Below, piece after piece: positions 17,616 through 27,089 of a stretch of DNA of 32,000 bases (the stretch's first letter is position 1; the number at the start of each line of letters is the position of its first letter). The DNA is from Xylella taiwanensis (lineage in GTDB: Bacteria > Pseudomonadota > Gammaproteobacteria > Xanthomonadales > Xanthomonadaceae): assembly GCF_013177435.1 (NCBI RefSeq), contig NZ_CP053627.1, forward strand, positions 390,001-422,000, in the 5' to 3' direction. Below the pieces are notes generated by a model. The model was not told the origin of the DNA, did not search any database, and saw only the letters and a program-made list of their open reading frames with translations. The position numbers and the translations under genes were made by a program.

Positions 17616-19910
17616 ATGTCAAACGATACATTTAAACAGGCGGCGATCGATTACCACCGCCAGCAGCCAGCCGGCAAGATCAAGGTGATCGCAACCAAGC
17701 CAATGCTTACGCAGCGTGATTTGTCGCTGGCGTATTCCCCTGGCGTGGCGTTTGCTTGCCAGGCGATTGTGGAGAACCCGCAGCAGGCGAGCGAGCTGAC
17801 GGCGCGCGGCAACCTGGTAGCAGTGATTTCCAATGGTACCGCGGTGTTGGGTTTGGGCAACATTGGTCCACTGGCTGGTAAGCCGGTGATGGAAGGCAAG
17901 GGTGTGCTGTTTCAGAAGTTTGCTGGCATTGATGTGTTCGATATCGAGATCAACGAGACTGATCCGGACAAGCTAGTGGACATCATTGCCAGCCTGGAGC
18001 CAACCTTCGGGGGCGTGAACTTGGAGGACATCAAAGCGCCGGAATGTTTCGTTGTTGAGCGCAAATTGCGTGAGCGGATGAGTATCCCGGTGTTTCACGA
18101 CGACCAGCACGGTACTGCGATTATTGTCGGTGCGGCGGTGCTTAACGCGATGGAAATCACTGGAAAGAAGATCGGGGAGGTGAGGTTAGCAACTACCGGC
18201 ATGGGTGCGGCGGGTATTTCCTGCGTCAATATGCTGGTTTCACTGGGGCTGAATCCGGATAACATTCTGGCCTACGACCGTGAAGGGGTGATCCATACGG
18301 GTCGCACTGACTTGGATCCGGAGAAGCAGCGTTACGCGCGGGATACCGACAAGCGTACTCTGGCCGAGATCGTGGAGGGTGCGGATATCTTTCTCGGACT
18401 TTCTGCGGCAGGCATCCTGACCCCAGAGATGGTGGCGATGATGGCACCTAACCCAGTGATCTTTGCCCTGGCCAATCCGATTCCGGAGATCATGCCAGAA
18501 GCCGTACGTGCAGTGCGGGCGGATGCCATCATTGGTACCGGGCGCTCGGACTATCCAAACCAGATTAACAATGTCCTGTGTTTTCCCTACTTGTTCCGTG
18601 GTGCATTGGATGTTGGCGCGACTACCATCAACGAGGAGATGAAAATTGCTTGTGTCAAGGCGATTGCTGCATTGGCGCGGCGTGAGGCTTCGGATCTGGG
18701 CGCTGCTTACGGTGGTGAGACACCGAGCTTTGGCCAGGATTACCTGATCCCGCGTCCGCTTGATCCGCGTTTGTTAGTGGAACTGTCTGCGGCGGTGGCG
18801 CAGGCGGCGATGGATTCAGGGGTGGCGACCCGCCCGATTGCAGATATGAGTGCCTACCATGACAAATTGAGCCAATTTGTCTACCGCACCAGTGTGATGA
18901 TGAAGCCGGTGTATGACCGCGCCCGCGCTGACAAGCAGCGAGTGGTGTATGCCGAAGGTGAGGAGGAGGTGATTCTGCGTGCCGTGCAGAATGTGATTGA
19001 CGAAGATTTGGCTTTTCCGATCTTGATTGGTCGTCCGGATGTGATCGAAACCAGGATTCAGCGCATGGGGCTACGCATGAAGGCCGGTGTTGATTTCGAG
19101 GTGACCAATATCCATGATGACCCGCGCTTCAATGATTATTGGCAGTACTATCACGCGCTGACGGAGCGTCGTGGCGTGACGGTCAGTGCGGCGAAGGAAT
19201 TGATGCGCTCGCGCCCGACTCTGATTGCTTCGGTGATGGTCGCACGTGGTGAGGCCGATGCATTGCTGACCGGTGTGGTCGGCCGCTTTCACAAGAAGCT
19301 TGGCTACGCGCGCAGCGTGATTCCTCTGGAGCCTCGGGTGAGTTCGACGGCGGCGATGACGGGTGTGATTAACCAACACGGTGCGTTTTTCTTTGTAGAC
19401 ACCCATGTGCAGGAAGATCCGAGTGCCGAGCAGATTGCCGAGGCCACCCTGCAGGCTTCTTATCGTTTGAAGCTGTTCGGCATTGAGCCGAGCGTGGCAT
19501 TGCTGTCGCACAGTAACTTTGGCAGTCACGATTCGCGTGATGCACTGAAGATGCGTCAAGTGCGCGCACTGCTGCTCAAGCGCAGTCCCAGGTTGAACAT
19601 TGATGGCGAGATGCAAGGCGATACCGCCTGGGACGAGGCGTTGCGCCAGCGCATTATGCCCAATACCACGTTGAAGGGGCAGGCTAATCTCTTTGTGCTA
19701 CCGAATTTGGAAGCGGCCAATATTGCTTATAACTTGGTGCGCGTGTTCACCGATGGTGTGGCGATTGGTCCGATTTTGATGGGGATCTCCAAGCCAGTGC
19801 ATATTCTGACGGCTAGCACCACTTCGCGGCGGGTGATGAATATGACTGCAATCGCTGCGGTGGATGCGCAGATCCGCAAGCAGTTTGAAAGCGGAAGGAG
19901 AGGTGGATGA
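17616..19910 (+). CDS. maeB: NADP-dependent malic enzyme with C-terminal phosphotransacetylase-like domain
   Basis: 764 aa. N-terminal malic-enzyme core ([64 protein letters not shown]) followed by a PTA-like domain of about 330 aa. This is the MaeB architecture. Confidence 0.93.
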   Translation: MSNDTFKQAAIDYHRQQPAGKIKVIATKPMLTQRDLSLAYSPGVAFACQAIVENPQQASELTARGNLVAVISNGTAVLGLGNIGPLAGKPVMEGKGVLFQKFAGIDVFDIEINETDPDKLVDIIASLEPTFGGVNLEDIKAPECFVVERKLRERMSIPVFHDDQHGTAIIVGAAVLNAMEITGKKIGEVRLATTGMGAAGISCVNMLVSLGLNPDNILAYDREGVIHTGRTDLDPEKQRYARDTDKRTLAEIVEGADIFLGLSAAGILTPEMVAMMAPNPVIFALANPIPEIMPEAVRAVRADAIIGTGRSDYPNQINNVLCFPYLFRGALDVGATTINEEMKIACVKAIAALARREASDLGAAYGGETPSFGQDYLIPRPLDPRLLVELSAAVAQAAMDSGVATRPIADMSAYHDKLSQFVYRTSVMMKPVYDRARADKQRVVYAEGEEEVILRAVQNVIDEDLAFPILIGRPDVIETRIQRMGLRMKAGVDFEVTNIHDDPRFNDYWQYYHALTERRGVTVSAAKELMRSRPTLIASVMVARGEADALLTGVVGRFHKKLGYARSVIPLEPRVSSTAAMTGVINQHGAFFFVDTHVQEDPSAEQIAEATLQASYRLKLFGIEPSVALLSHSNFGSHDSRDALKMRQVRALLLKRSPRLNIDGEMQGDTAWDEALRQRIMPNTTLKGQANLFVLPNLEAANIAYNLVRVFTDGVAIGPILMGISKPVHILTASTTSRRVMNMTAIAAVDAQIRKQFESGRRGG

Positions 19911-20060
19911 GTCAGAGTACGGTGGTTGTGATGCAGCGTTCTGACGAGACGATGCTTTATGAGTGTGTTTGACAGACGTTTTGGTTCCTCCACTCAGCAT
20001 CGTGGTTTGTGATCAGTGGATGAGTGTTGGAACAAGGGGTCATGTATTGGACCGTGAGGA

Positions 20061-20088
20061 CAATGCCCCTGGATGTCCAGGGGCATTG
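20061..20088. terminator. Perfect 12-bp hairpin between convergent maeB and htpG (possible bidirectional terminator)
   Basis: CAATGCCCCTGG (20061-20072), loop ATGT, CCAGGGGCATTG (20077-20088). GC-rich perfect stem. There is no U-tract on either strand, so it is not a canonical intrinsic terminator. Confidence 0.45.
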
Positions 20089-20153
20089 CTGGTGTATCGG
20101 TGTGGATGTTTGGACGCGGTGCTGCGGTGCCCATTGCATCCAGGGTGTGCCTT

Positions 20154-22058
20154 TTAGACCGATAGTTCCAGCAGTAGTTTGTTGAGGCGGCGCACGTAGC
20201 CGGCCGGGTCCTTCAAACTGTCGCCAGCGGCGAGTGCCGCCTGATCGAACAGCACCCTGCTCAGGTCGGCGAAACGGTCCATGTCTTGCTCGGCGTCGAG
20301 TTTCTCGATGAGTGGGTGGCCTGGGTTGAACTCGAAGACGGGTTTTGTTTCTGGAATTTTCTGTCCACTGGCTTCAAGCAACTGGCGCATCTGCAGGCCG
20401 AGATCGCCTGCGGCGATGGCGAGCACTGCCGGTGAATCGGTAAGACGATGTGAGACGCGTACTTCGGCCACATCTTCTCCCAGTGAGGCTTTGATCCGGC
20501 TGGCTAATCCTTCCTTGGTTTTTGCAATCTCTTCCTGTGCTTTTTTGTCTTCTTCGCTATCGAGTGTGCCCAGGTCCAGATCGCCGCGCGCAATGTCGAC
20601 AAACGATTTTCCATCGAATTCGTGCAAGTAGTTCATCAACCACTCGTCGATACGATCCACCATCAACAGTACTTCAATGCCCTTTTTGCGGAACACTTCC
20701 AGGTATGGGCTGTCTTTGATGTGTGCATAAGACTCTCCGGTCAGGTAGTAGAGTTTGTCTTGGCCTTCTTTCATGCGTGCGATGTAGTCGGTGAACGCGA
20801 CGGAGGGCTCGCCGGAGGTGTCGCAGGTCGAGGCAAAGCGCAGCAAACTGGCGATTTTCTCGCGGTTGCTGTAGTCCTCGGCGGGGCCTTCTTTCAGCAC
20901 TTGGCCAAAATTTTTCCAGAAGGTCTTGTAATCCTCGGGGGTGTCATGGGCGAGTTTTTCCAGCATGTCCAAGGCGCGTTTGGTCAACGCGGCCTTCATG
21001 GAGTCCACGACTGGACCCGATTGCAGAATTTCGCGCGAGACGTTCAGCGATAGGTCGGCGGAGTCGACGACGCCTTTGATGAAACGCAGGTAGAGCGGCA
21101 GGAACTGCTCTGCCTGGTCCATGATGAAGACGCGTTGCACGTACAGCTTCAGCCCCTTTGCAGCATTACGGTGGTACAGATCGAATGGCGCGCGTGTTGG
21201 GACGTACAGCAACGAGGTGTATTCCAGCTTGCCTTCGACCTTGTTGTGGCTCCAGGCGAGCGGATTGGTCATATCGTGTGCGATGTGTTTGTAGAATTCC
21301 TGGTATTCCTCGGCCTTGATATCACTTTTAGGGCGTGTCCATAGGGCGCTGGCTTTGTTGACGGCTTCCCACTCCGCTTCTTTGGGAGTGTCTTTCTCCT
21401 CACCGTGGTGTTCTTTGAGCATTTCAATGGGGAGACCGATGTGGTCGGAATATTTCTTTAGGATGCTACGCAGGGTCCAACCGTCGGCAAAGTGTTGCTC
21501 GCTTTCTTTCAGTTGAAGCACGATGCGGGTGCCGCGTTGTGGCTTGTCGATGGTGGTTACCTCAAAGCTGCCTTCGCCTTTGCTCGACCAGTGCACGCCT
21601 TCGGCAGCCGTCAGTCCGGCGCGGCGGCTGTATACGTCGACGTGGTCGGCGACAATAAAGGCGCTGTAGAAACCGACACCGAACTGGCCAATCAGGTTAG
21701 CGTCTTTGCGTTGATCGCCAGAGAGCGTCTGCAGAAAATCTGCGGTGCCGGACTTGGCAATGGTGCCCAGGTGCGCGATGGCCTCGTCGCGGCTCATCCC
21801 GATGCCGTTGTCATCAATGGTGACGGTGTGTGCTTGTTTATCAAACTCTACGCGGATGCGCAGGTTGGGATCTTCTTCGAGCAATTCGGGGGTGCTCAAT
21901 GCTTCAAAGCGCAGCTTGTCGGCAGCGTCGGCGGCATTGGAGATTAACTCGCGCAGGAAAATTTCCTTGTTTGAGTAGAGCGAATGGATCATCAGTTGGA
22001 GTAACTGTTTGACTTCCGTCTGGAAGCCGTGAGTCTGTTTGTCTGGTTCAACGGTCAT
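20154..22058 (-). CDS. htpG: Molecular chaperone HtpG (Hsp90)
   Basis: Track ORF 20154..22211 trimmed to the ATG at 22058 ([45 protein letters not shown]), giving 634 aa. GGAG lies 10 nt upstream. The ATG at 22067 is an alternative. The longer form would run through its own promoter and into rsmD. Confidence 0.95.
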   Translation of the reverse strand: MTVEPDKQTHGFQTEVKQLLQLMIHSLYSNKEIFLRELISNAADAADKLRFEALSTPELLEEDPNLRIRVEFDKQAHTVTIDDNGIGMSRDEAIAHLGTIAKSGTADFLQTLSGDQRKDANLIGQFGVGFYSAFIVADHVDVYSRRAGLTAAEGVHWSSKGEGSFEVTTIDKPQRGTRIVLQLKESEQHFADGWTLRSILKKYSDHIGLPIEMLKEHHGEEKDTPKEAEWEAVNKASALWTRPKSDIKAEEYQEFYKHIAHDMTNPLAWSHNKVEGKLEYTSLLYVPTRAPFDLYHRNAAKGLKLYVQRVFIMDQAEQFLPLYLRFIKGVVDSADLSLNVSREILQSGPVVDSMKAALTKRALDMLEKLAHDTPEDYKTFWKNFGQVLKEGPAEDYSNREKIASLLRFASTCDTSGEPSVAFTDYIARMKEGQDKLYYLTGESYAHIKDSPYLEVFRKKGIEVLLMVDRIDEWLMNYLHEFDGKSFVDIARGDLDLGTLDSEEDKKAQEEIAKTKEGLASRIKASLGEDVAEVRVSHRLTDSPAVLAIAAGDLGLQMRQLLEASGQKIPETKPVFEFNPGHPLIEKLDAEQDMDRFADLSRVLFDQAALAAGDSLKDPAGYVRRLNKLLLELSV

Positions 22059-22112
22059 CGTTGTCATGCTCCATGAGAGATGTGCCGCATTTGATGCGGG
22101 GATGAGGACGGG

Positions 22113-22139
22113 GTATGGGTCACGGATGGTGCTTTCAAG
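22113..22139 (-). promoter_or_regulatory. sigma32 (heat-shock) type promoter of htpG
   Basis: The minus strand reads CTTGAAA (22139-22133), then a 13-nt spacer, then ACCCATAC (22120-22113). The consensus is CTTGAA, N13-14, CCCCATNT. It lies about 55 nt upstream of the htpG ATG. Confidence 0.6.
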
Positions 22140-22231
22140 GTTCCTGGTCAGCGGGGAGGTATCATGACGTTCCTTCTTAGTGTCTGGATGTCGATGTCCT
22201 TCCCATGCCACCCGTTGCTTTCTGTTGGCCG

Positions 22232-23346
<1,115 letters not shown>

Positions 23347-23394
23347 GCGCAGACTATATTTTGTGTTTTATCCACAATCCCTCAGGGAGGAACC

Positions 23395-23889
23395 ATGAAG
23401 AACATGTTGCGTGTGGCAGTGATCGCCTCGTTCATTGTGGCCTGCGCTGCTTGTAATCAGGGCAAGGTTCAAGCGGTGACCGATGCGGCTTCTGCAGTGC
23501 TGACCGCTCCGGCGAAGGATGATAACGCTGCTTGGAAGACGTATCTTGGTCAGGTTGTTTCCCGTAACTTGGGCAATAGTACTGGCAGTCCATTTTTGTA
23601 TTATTTGCCACCGGAGTCAGATCCTGATTTCAAAGGTAGCTATGATCGCCAGGTAGAGAACGTCACGAGTGCGCTCGCGCGTGGGGTGCAGCCGGGGACG
23701 TTGTTGGTGTTTGGTTCTTCGGCTTCGGCTAAGATGGCTGACTTGGTCGATGCTGCGTTCAAGAAGGTACAAGCCGGTTCGATGAAGGGTGTGCATGTGC
23801 TGTTCATTGGTATGAATGCTGACAGTCCCCGTGTACAGAAAGTGGTGCAACCCACTGGGGCTGAGTATGTTTTCGTCGAAGCAAAGTGA
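23395..23889 (+). CDS. Hypothetical lipoprotein
   Basis: 164 aa with a GGGAGGA Shine-Dalgarno sequence upstream. Signal peptide with a lipobox-like FIVACAAC. No recognisable catalytic motif. Confidence 0.65.
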   Translation: MKNMLRVAVIASFIVACAACNQGKVQAVTDAASAVLTAPAKDDNAAWKTYLGQVVSRNLGNSTGSPFLYYLPPESDPDFKGSYDRQVENVTSALARGVQPGTLLVFGSSASAKMADLVDAAFKKVQAGSMKGVHVLFIGMNADSPRVQKVVQPTGAEYVFVEAK

Positions 23890-24051
23890 TACTGATATTG
23901 ATGTGTGCGAACAGCTGCCTGCTGGCGTCCTGATGCATCTCTCAGTGTTGTCAGCCTCAATGGCTTGTTTGCTAGGATTTCGATGCTGCAGTGGTGGTGC
24001 TTCTGTGATGTCCCTTTGGATGTGGCTAGCTTTATTTCAGAGACACCCGTG

Positions 24052-24336
24052 ATGTCGTTGAAGATTAATGCATTGTGCGTTAATTGCGATGTGTGTGAGC
24101 CGGTGTGTCCAAATCGGGCGATTTCGATGGGGGAGACGATCTACATTATTGATCCGGTGCGCTGTACCGAGTGTGTTGGCCATTACGATGAACCGCAGTG
24201 CGTGGTTGTTTGCCCAGTGGAATGCATCGACCCAGATCCTGATCTCTTAGAAACGCGGGAACAGCTCCTCAGCAAGTTGCAGCAGTTGCGGCGTAAGTAT
24301 CCCGAGTTGTATGAAAAGGAACCTCCCGCAATATGA
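24052..24336 (+). CDS. yfhL: YfhL-type 2x[4Fe-4S] ferredoxin
   Basis: Track ORF 23905..24336 trimmed to the ATG at 24052, giving 94 aa. MSLKINALCVNCDVCEPVCPNRAISMGETIYIIDPVRCTECVGHYDEPQCVVVCPV matches the E. coli YfhL pattern (CxxCxxCxxxCP and CxxCxnCxxxCP). Confidence 0.9.
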   Translation: MSLKINALCVNCDVCEPVCPNRAISMGETIYIIDPVRCTECVGHYDEPQCVVVCPVECIDPDPDLLETREQLLSKLQQLRRKYPELYEKEPPAI

Positions 24337-26093
24337 GGTTATTTACTCGTTGTTTGTTGTTGTTCTTTGTTTTTTTTCTTTTCTCGCAAGTTTCGGCGGA
24401 GCAAAGGGTTACAGCGCTGCCACAGGACGGAGTCGCCAGATTCCCACCTGGTGCGGTCATTGCCAGCAGTCATCATCTGGCGACTGAGGCTGGGCTGGAG
24501 ATCCTGAGGCAGGGAGGTAATGCTTTCGATGCTGCAGTTGCCGTGTCTTCCACGCTGTCGGTGGTCCAACCCATCAGTTCCGGTTTGGGAGGCGGCGGTT
24601 TTTTTCTGCTTCATGATGCCAAGACTGGTCGCGATGTCATGCTGGATGCCCGGGAATACGCGCCGGCTTCAGTCAAACCAGGTACGTTTCTAAACACGGA
24701 CGGTCAGCTAGATCGTGATCGCTCGATCAACGGGCCCTGGTCGGCAGGGATCCCTGGTTTACCGGCAGCACTCGTTGAATTGGCTGAGCACTATGGCAAG
24801 CTCCCATTGAGACAGACATTGGCACCGGCGATCCATATTGCGGGTGCGGGGTTTCCAATTTACCGACGCATGGCGGAGGGCTATCGGGCGCGCCGCGAAG
24901 TGATGGAGCGTTATCCAGGTACCCGTGACGTCTACCTCCGCGGCGGTAAGCCGATCGCTGGAGGTGATATCTTCAAACAGCCTGAATTGGCACGGACCTT
25001 GAGTTTATTGGCTGATAAGGGCTTCGATGGCTTTTATAAGGGCGAGACTGCGCAGCGGTTGCTAGCTGGGGTGAATCAGGCGGGTGGACGTTGGACAGCT
25101 GAAGATCTGGCTGGCTACCGGGTCAAATCACGTGCTCCAATCAGTTTTAATTACCGCGGGTGGAAGATCACCACGGCACCGCCGCCGTCCTCTGGGGGTA
25201 TCGCGTTGGCGGAAATGTTGCAGATCCTGGAAGGCTGGGATCTCACTCGACTGGATGAAGTGCATCGTGTTCATTTGGTGGTAGAAGCCATGCGCCGTGC
25301 CTATCGAGATCGTACCTTCTTTCTCGGTGACCCGGATTTTGTCTCGATTCCACAGCGTGTGCTGACTAGCAAGGACTACGCGCGTGGCTTGCGCGCTGCG
25401 ATCAACCCTGAAAAAGCGCTGCCTAGCGTCCTGTTATCAGGTCATCCGACTCCACTGGAGGATGAGGAGACCACGCACTTTTCGATCATTGATGCGGAAG
25501 GAAACCGGGTGGGTGCGACGCAGACGGTTAATTTGCTATATGGCTCGGGTCTGATTCCGAAGGGGACCGGCGTGTTGCTGAACAATGAGATGGATGATTT
25601 TGCGCTCCAGCCAGGCGCGCCGAATGTCTTCGGGGTGATGGGCTACGAGGCTAACGCACCAAAACCAGGGAAGCGCATGCTCAGCTCGATGACACCGACC
25701 TTCCTTGAATCTGCAGATAAAGTGGCCGTGATTGGCACTCCTGGCGGTAGCCGCATCATCACGATGGTGCTGTTAGGGATCCTGGGTTACGACGCCGGGT
25801 TGGATGCACAGCAGGTCGCCGCGTTGCCGCGTTATCATCATCAGTGGCTGCCGGATGTGATTGAGACCGAGGCAGCTACATTTTCGGCAGAGGTGATCAA
25901 GGGATTGGAAGCGATGGGACATACGCTTAGGGAGCCAAGCGACACGGTTGCCGGCGGGCGTGGTTCCAGCCACGTGTGGGGCAACGTGCAGACGGTGGAA
26001 TGGGATCGCCGTTCCAATAGGCTCAGTGCTGCTAGTGATCCGCGTGATTCCCTGGGTGAGGCAAAGGTTTTGCTGACTGAAGAGAAGCGGTGA
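24333..26093 (+). CDS. ggt: Gamma-glutamyltranspeptidase
   Basis: 586 aa with an ATGA overlap with the ferredoxin gene. Signal peptide MRLFTRCLLLFFVFFLFSQVSA. Autoprocessing/nucleophile site EETTHFSIID. GGT blocks present (SSGLGGGGF, LNNEMDDF, MSSMTPT, GTPGGSRI). Confidence 0.93.
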   Translation: MRLFTRCLLLFFVFFLFSQVSAEQRVTALPQDGVARFPPGAVIASSHHLATEAGLEILRQGGNAFDAAVAVSSTLSVVQPISSGLGGGGFFLLHDAKTGRDVMLDAREYAPASVKPGTFLNTDGQLDRDRSINGPWSAGIPGLPAALVELAEHYGKLPLRQTLAPAIHIAGAGFPIYRRMAEGYRARREVMERYPGTRDVYLRGGKPIAGGDIFKQPELARTLSLLADKGFDGFYKGETAQRLLAGVNQAGGRWTAEDLAGYRVKSRAPISFNYRGWKITTAPPPSSGGIALAEMLQILEGWDLTRLDEVHRVHLVVEAMRRAYRDRTFFLGDPDFVSIPQRVLTSKDYARGLRAAINPEKALPSVLLSGHPTPLEDEETTHFSIIDAEGNRVGATQTVNLLYGSGLIPKGTGVLLNNEMDDFALQPGAPNVFGVMGYEANAPKPGKRMLSSMTPTFLESADKVAVIGTPGGSRIITMVLLGILGYDAGLDAQQVAALPRYHHQWLPDVIETEAATFSAEVIKGLEAMGHTLREPSDTVAGGRGSSHVWGNVQTVEWDRRSNRLSAASDPRDSLGEAKVLLTEEKR

Positions 26094-26104
26094 TAGGCCC
26101 GCTT

Positions 26105-26137
26105 GTAATCCTGCCTACACGCTGTAAGTAGGATTGC
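26105..26137 (+). terminator. Hairpin after ggt stop
   Basis: GTAATCCTGCCTAC (26105-26118), loop ACGCT, GTAAGTAGGATTGC (26124-26137). A 14-bp stem with one mismatch and two G:U pairs, 12 nt after the ggt stop. No clear U-tract. Confidence 0.4.
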
Positions 26138-26557
26138 ATTGGTCAATGATTGAATCGGTATATATGAGACTACTGATGATAAATGTAGCGTATAACGGCC
26201 ATTTGAGTGCTATAAGCATGCCGTGATGATTTGATTCGTATTCGGTAAGTATATTTAAGCGATGCGTTCATATTTTGCCTCATTGATTAGCTTGAAATGC
26301 ACGGCTTTACAGCTATTTCTCTCAGACACTGTCAACTTTCGCTGCTGGTTTTTGTGGTTACGTCGCACATTGCTTGTCGATTAATCATATAAATTGTGAT
26401 TTTAATCATATTATTTTCTGTAAACTTGCTTAGCTCACAGTTGATCTGCGTTTTTTGCCAGAGGGCGTTGAGGGTCTATATATTTGGACAGCCGCAATGT
26501 GACCAACTGAGATTATTCAGTGTTATTTAGCCAGCGAATATTAATTAATAAATTTTT

Positions 26558-26599
26558 CTCAAAAAATTCTCAGCAGCCGATTAACAGTATTGCTGAGAA
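26558..26599 (-). terminator. Intrinsic (rho-independent) terminator on the minus strand inside the AT-rich island
   Basis: The minus strand reads TTCTCAGCA (26599-26591), a 15-nt loop, TGCTGAGAA (26575-26567), then TTTTTTGAG (26566-26558). A 9-bp perfect stem plus a T6 tract on the minus strand only; the plus strand has the A-run before the stem. Confidence 0.55.
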
Positions 26600-27089
26600 G
26601 ATAGTTTAGCCATAAAGAACGTCATTCAATTTCTACGCTGTCCGATCTCTTCTTTCCATCAATCAAGGATTCATTCGTACCAATGCTTTCGATCTTGAGC
26701 ACACTGTTGTCCAAGACCTGGTCAATAAATATATACAGGATGAGGGAGATGTTGTATGCCAGTTTGTGTTCACAGCTCAAGGGCAGAGGGCGTGCTATTG
26801 GTTTGAAGTTCAATGCAGCGACATCAAGGAGCTAGGGTTATGAATTGACGTGTTGGTCAAAGAGCTCAACACGTGGCAATCAAAGGTCATGCCAGCGTGA
26901 ATAAATTCAAAGAACTGCAATCCATACCGAGGCGGACATCACCAAGAATAAGGCATTGGAGATCATCCATTGCACATTAATCATGTGGAAGCGCAGAGAG
27001 GCTGCAGAGCGGTCCATGCACTTTGGTTTATGGGGCGTTGCGGGCATCCCATCTCCTCAGTGGTGCTGTCGTTGAGAACCACGAAGCGA

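Noticed and set aside
23368-23376. Perfect DnaA-box consensus TTATCCACA between coaD and the lipoprotein gene
   Set aside because: It is a single copy with no AT-rich unwinding element or further boxes nearby. One perfect 9-mer in 64 kb of two-strand sequence has roughly a 1 in 4 chance expectation.
26262-26384. 40-codon hydrophobic ORF (MRSYFASLISLKCTALQLFLSDTVNFRCWFLWLRRTLLVD) in the AT-rich island as a possible type I toxin-like peptide
   Set aside because: No Shine-Dalgarno sequence is present. Hydrophobic residues are expected from T-rich DNA. Only a weak hairpin plus T-run follows it (about 26434-26456). I cannot support it without transcript or conservation data.
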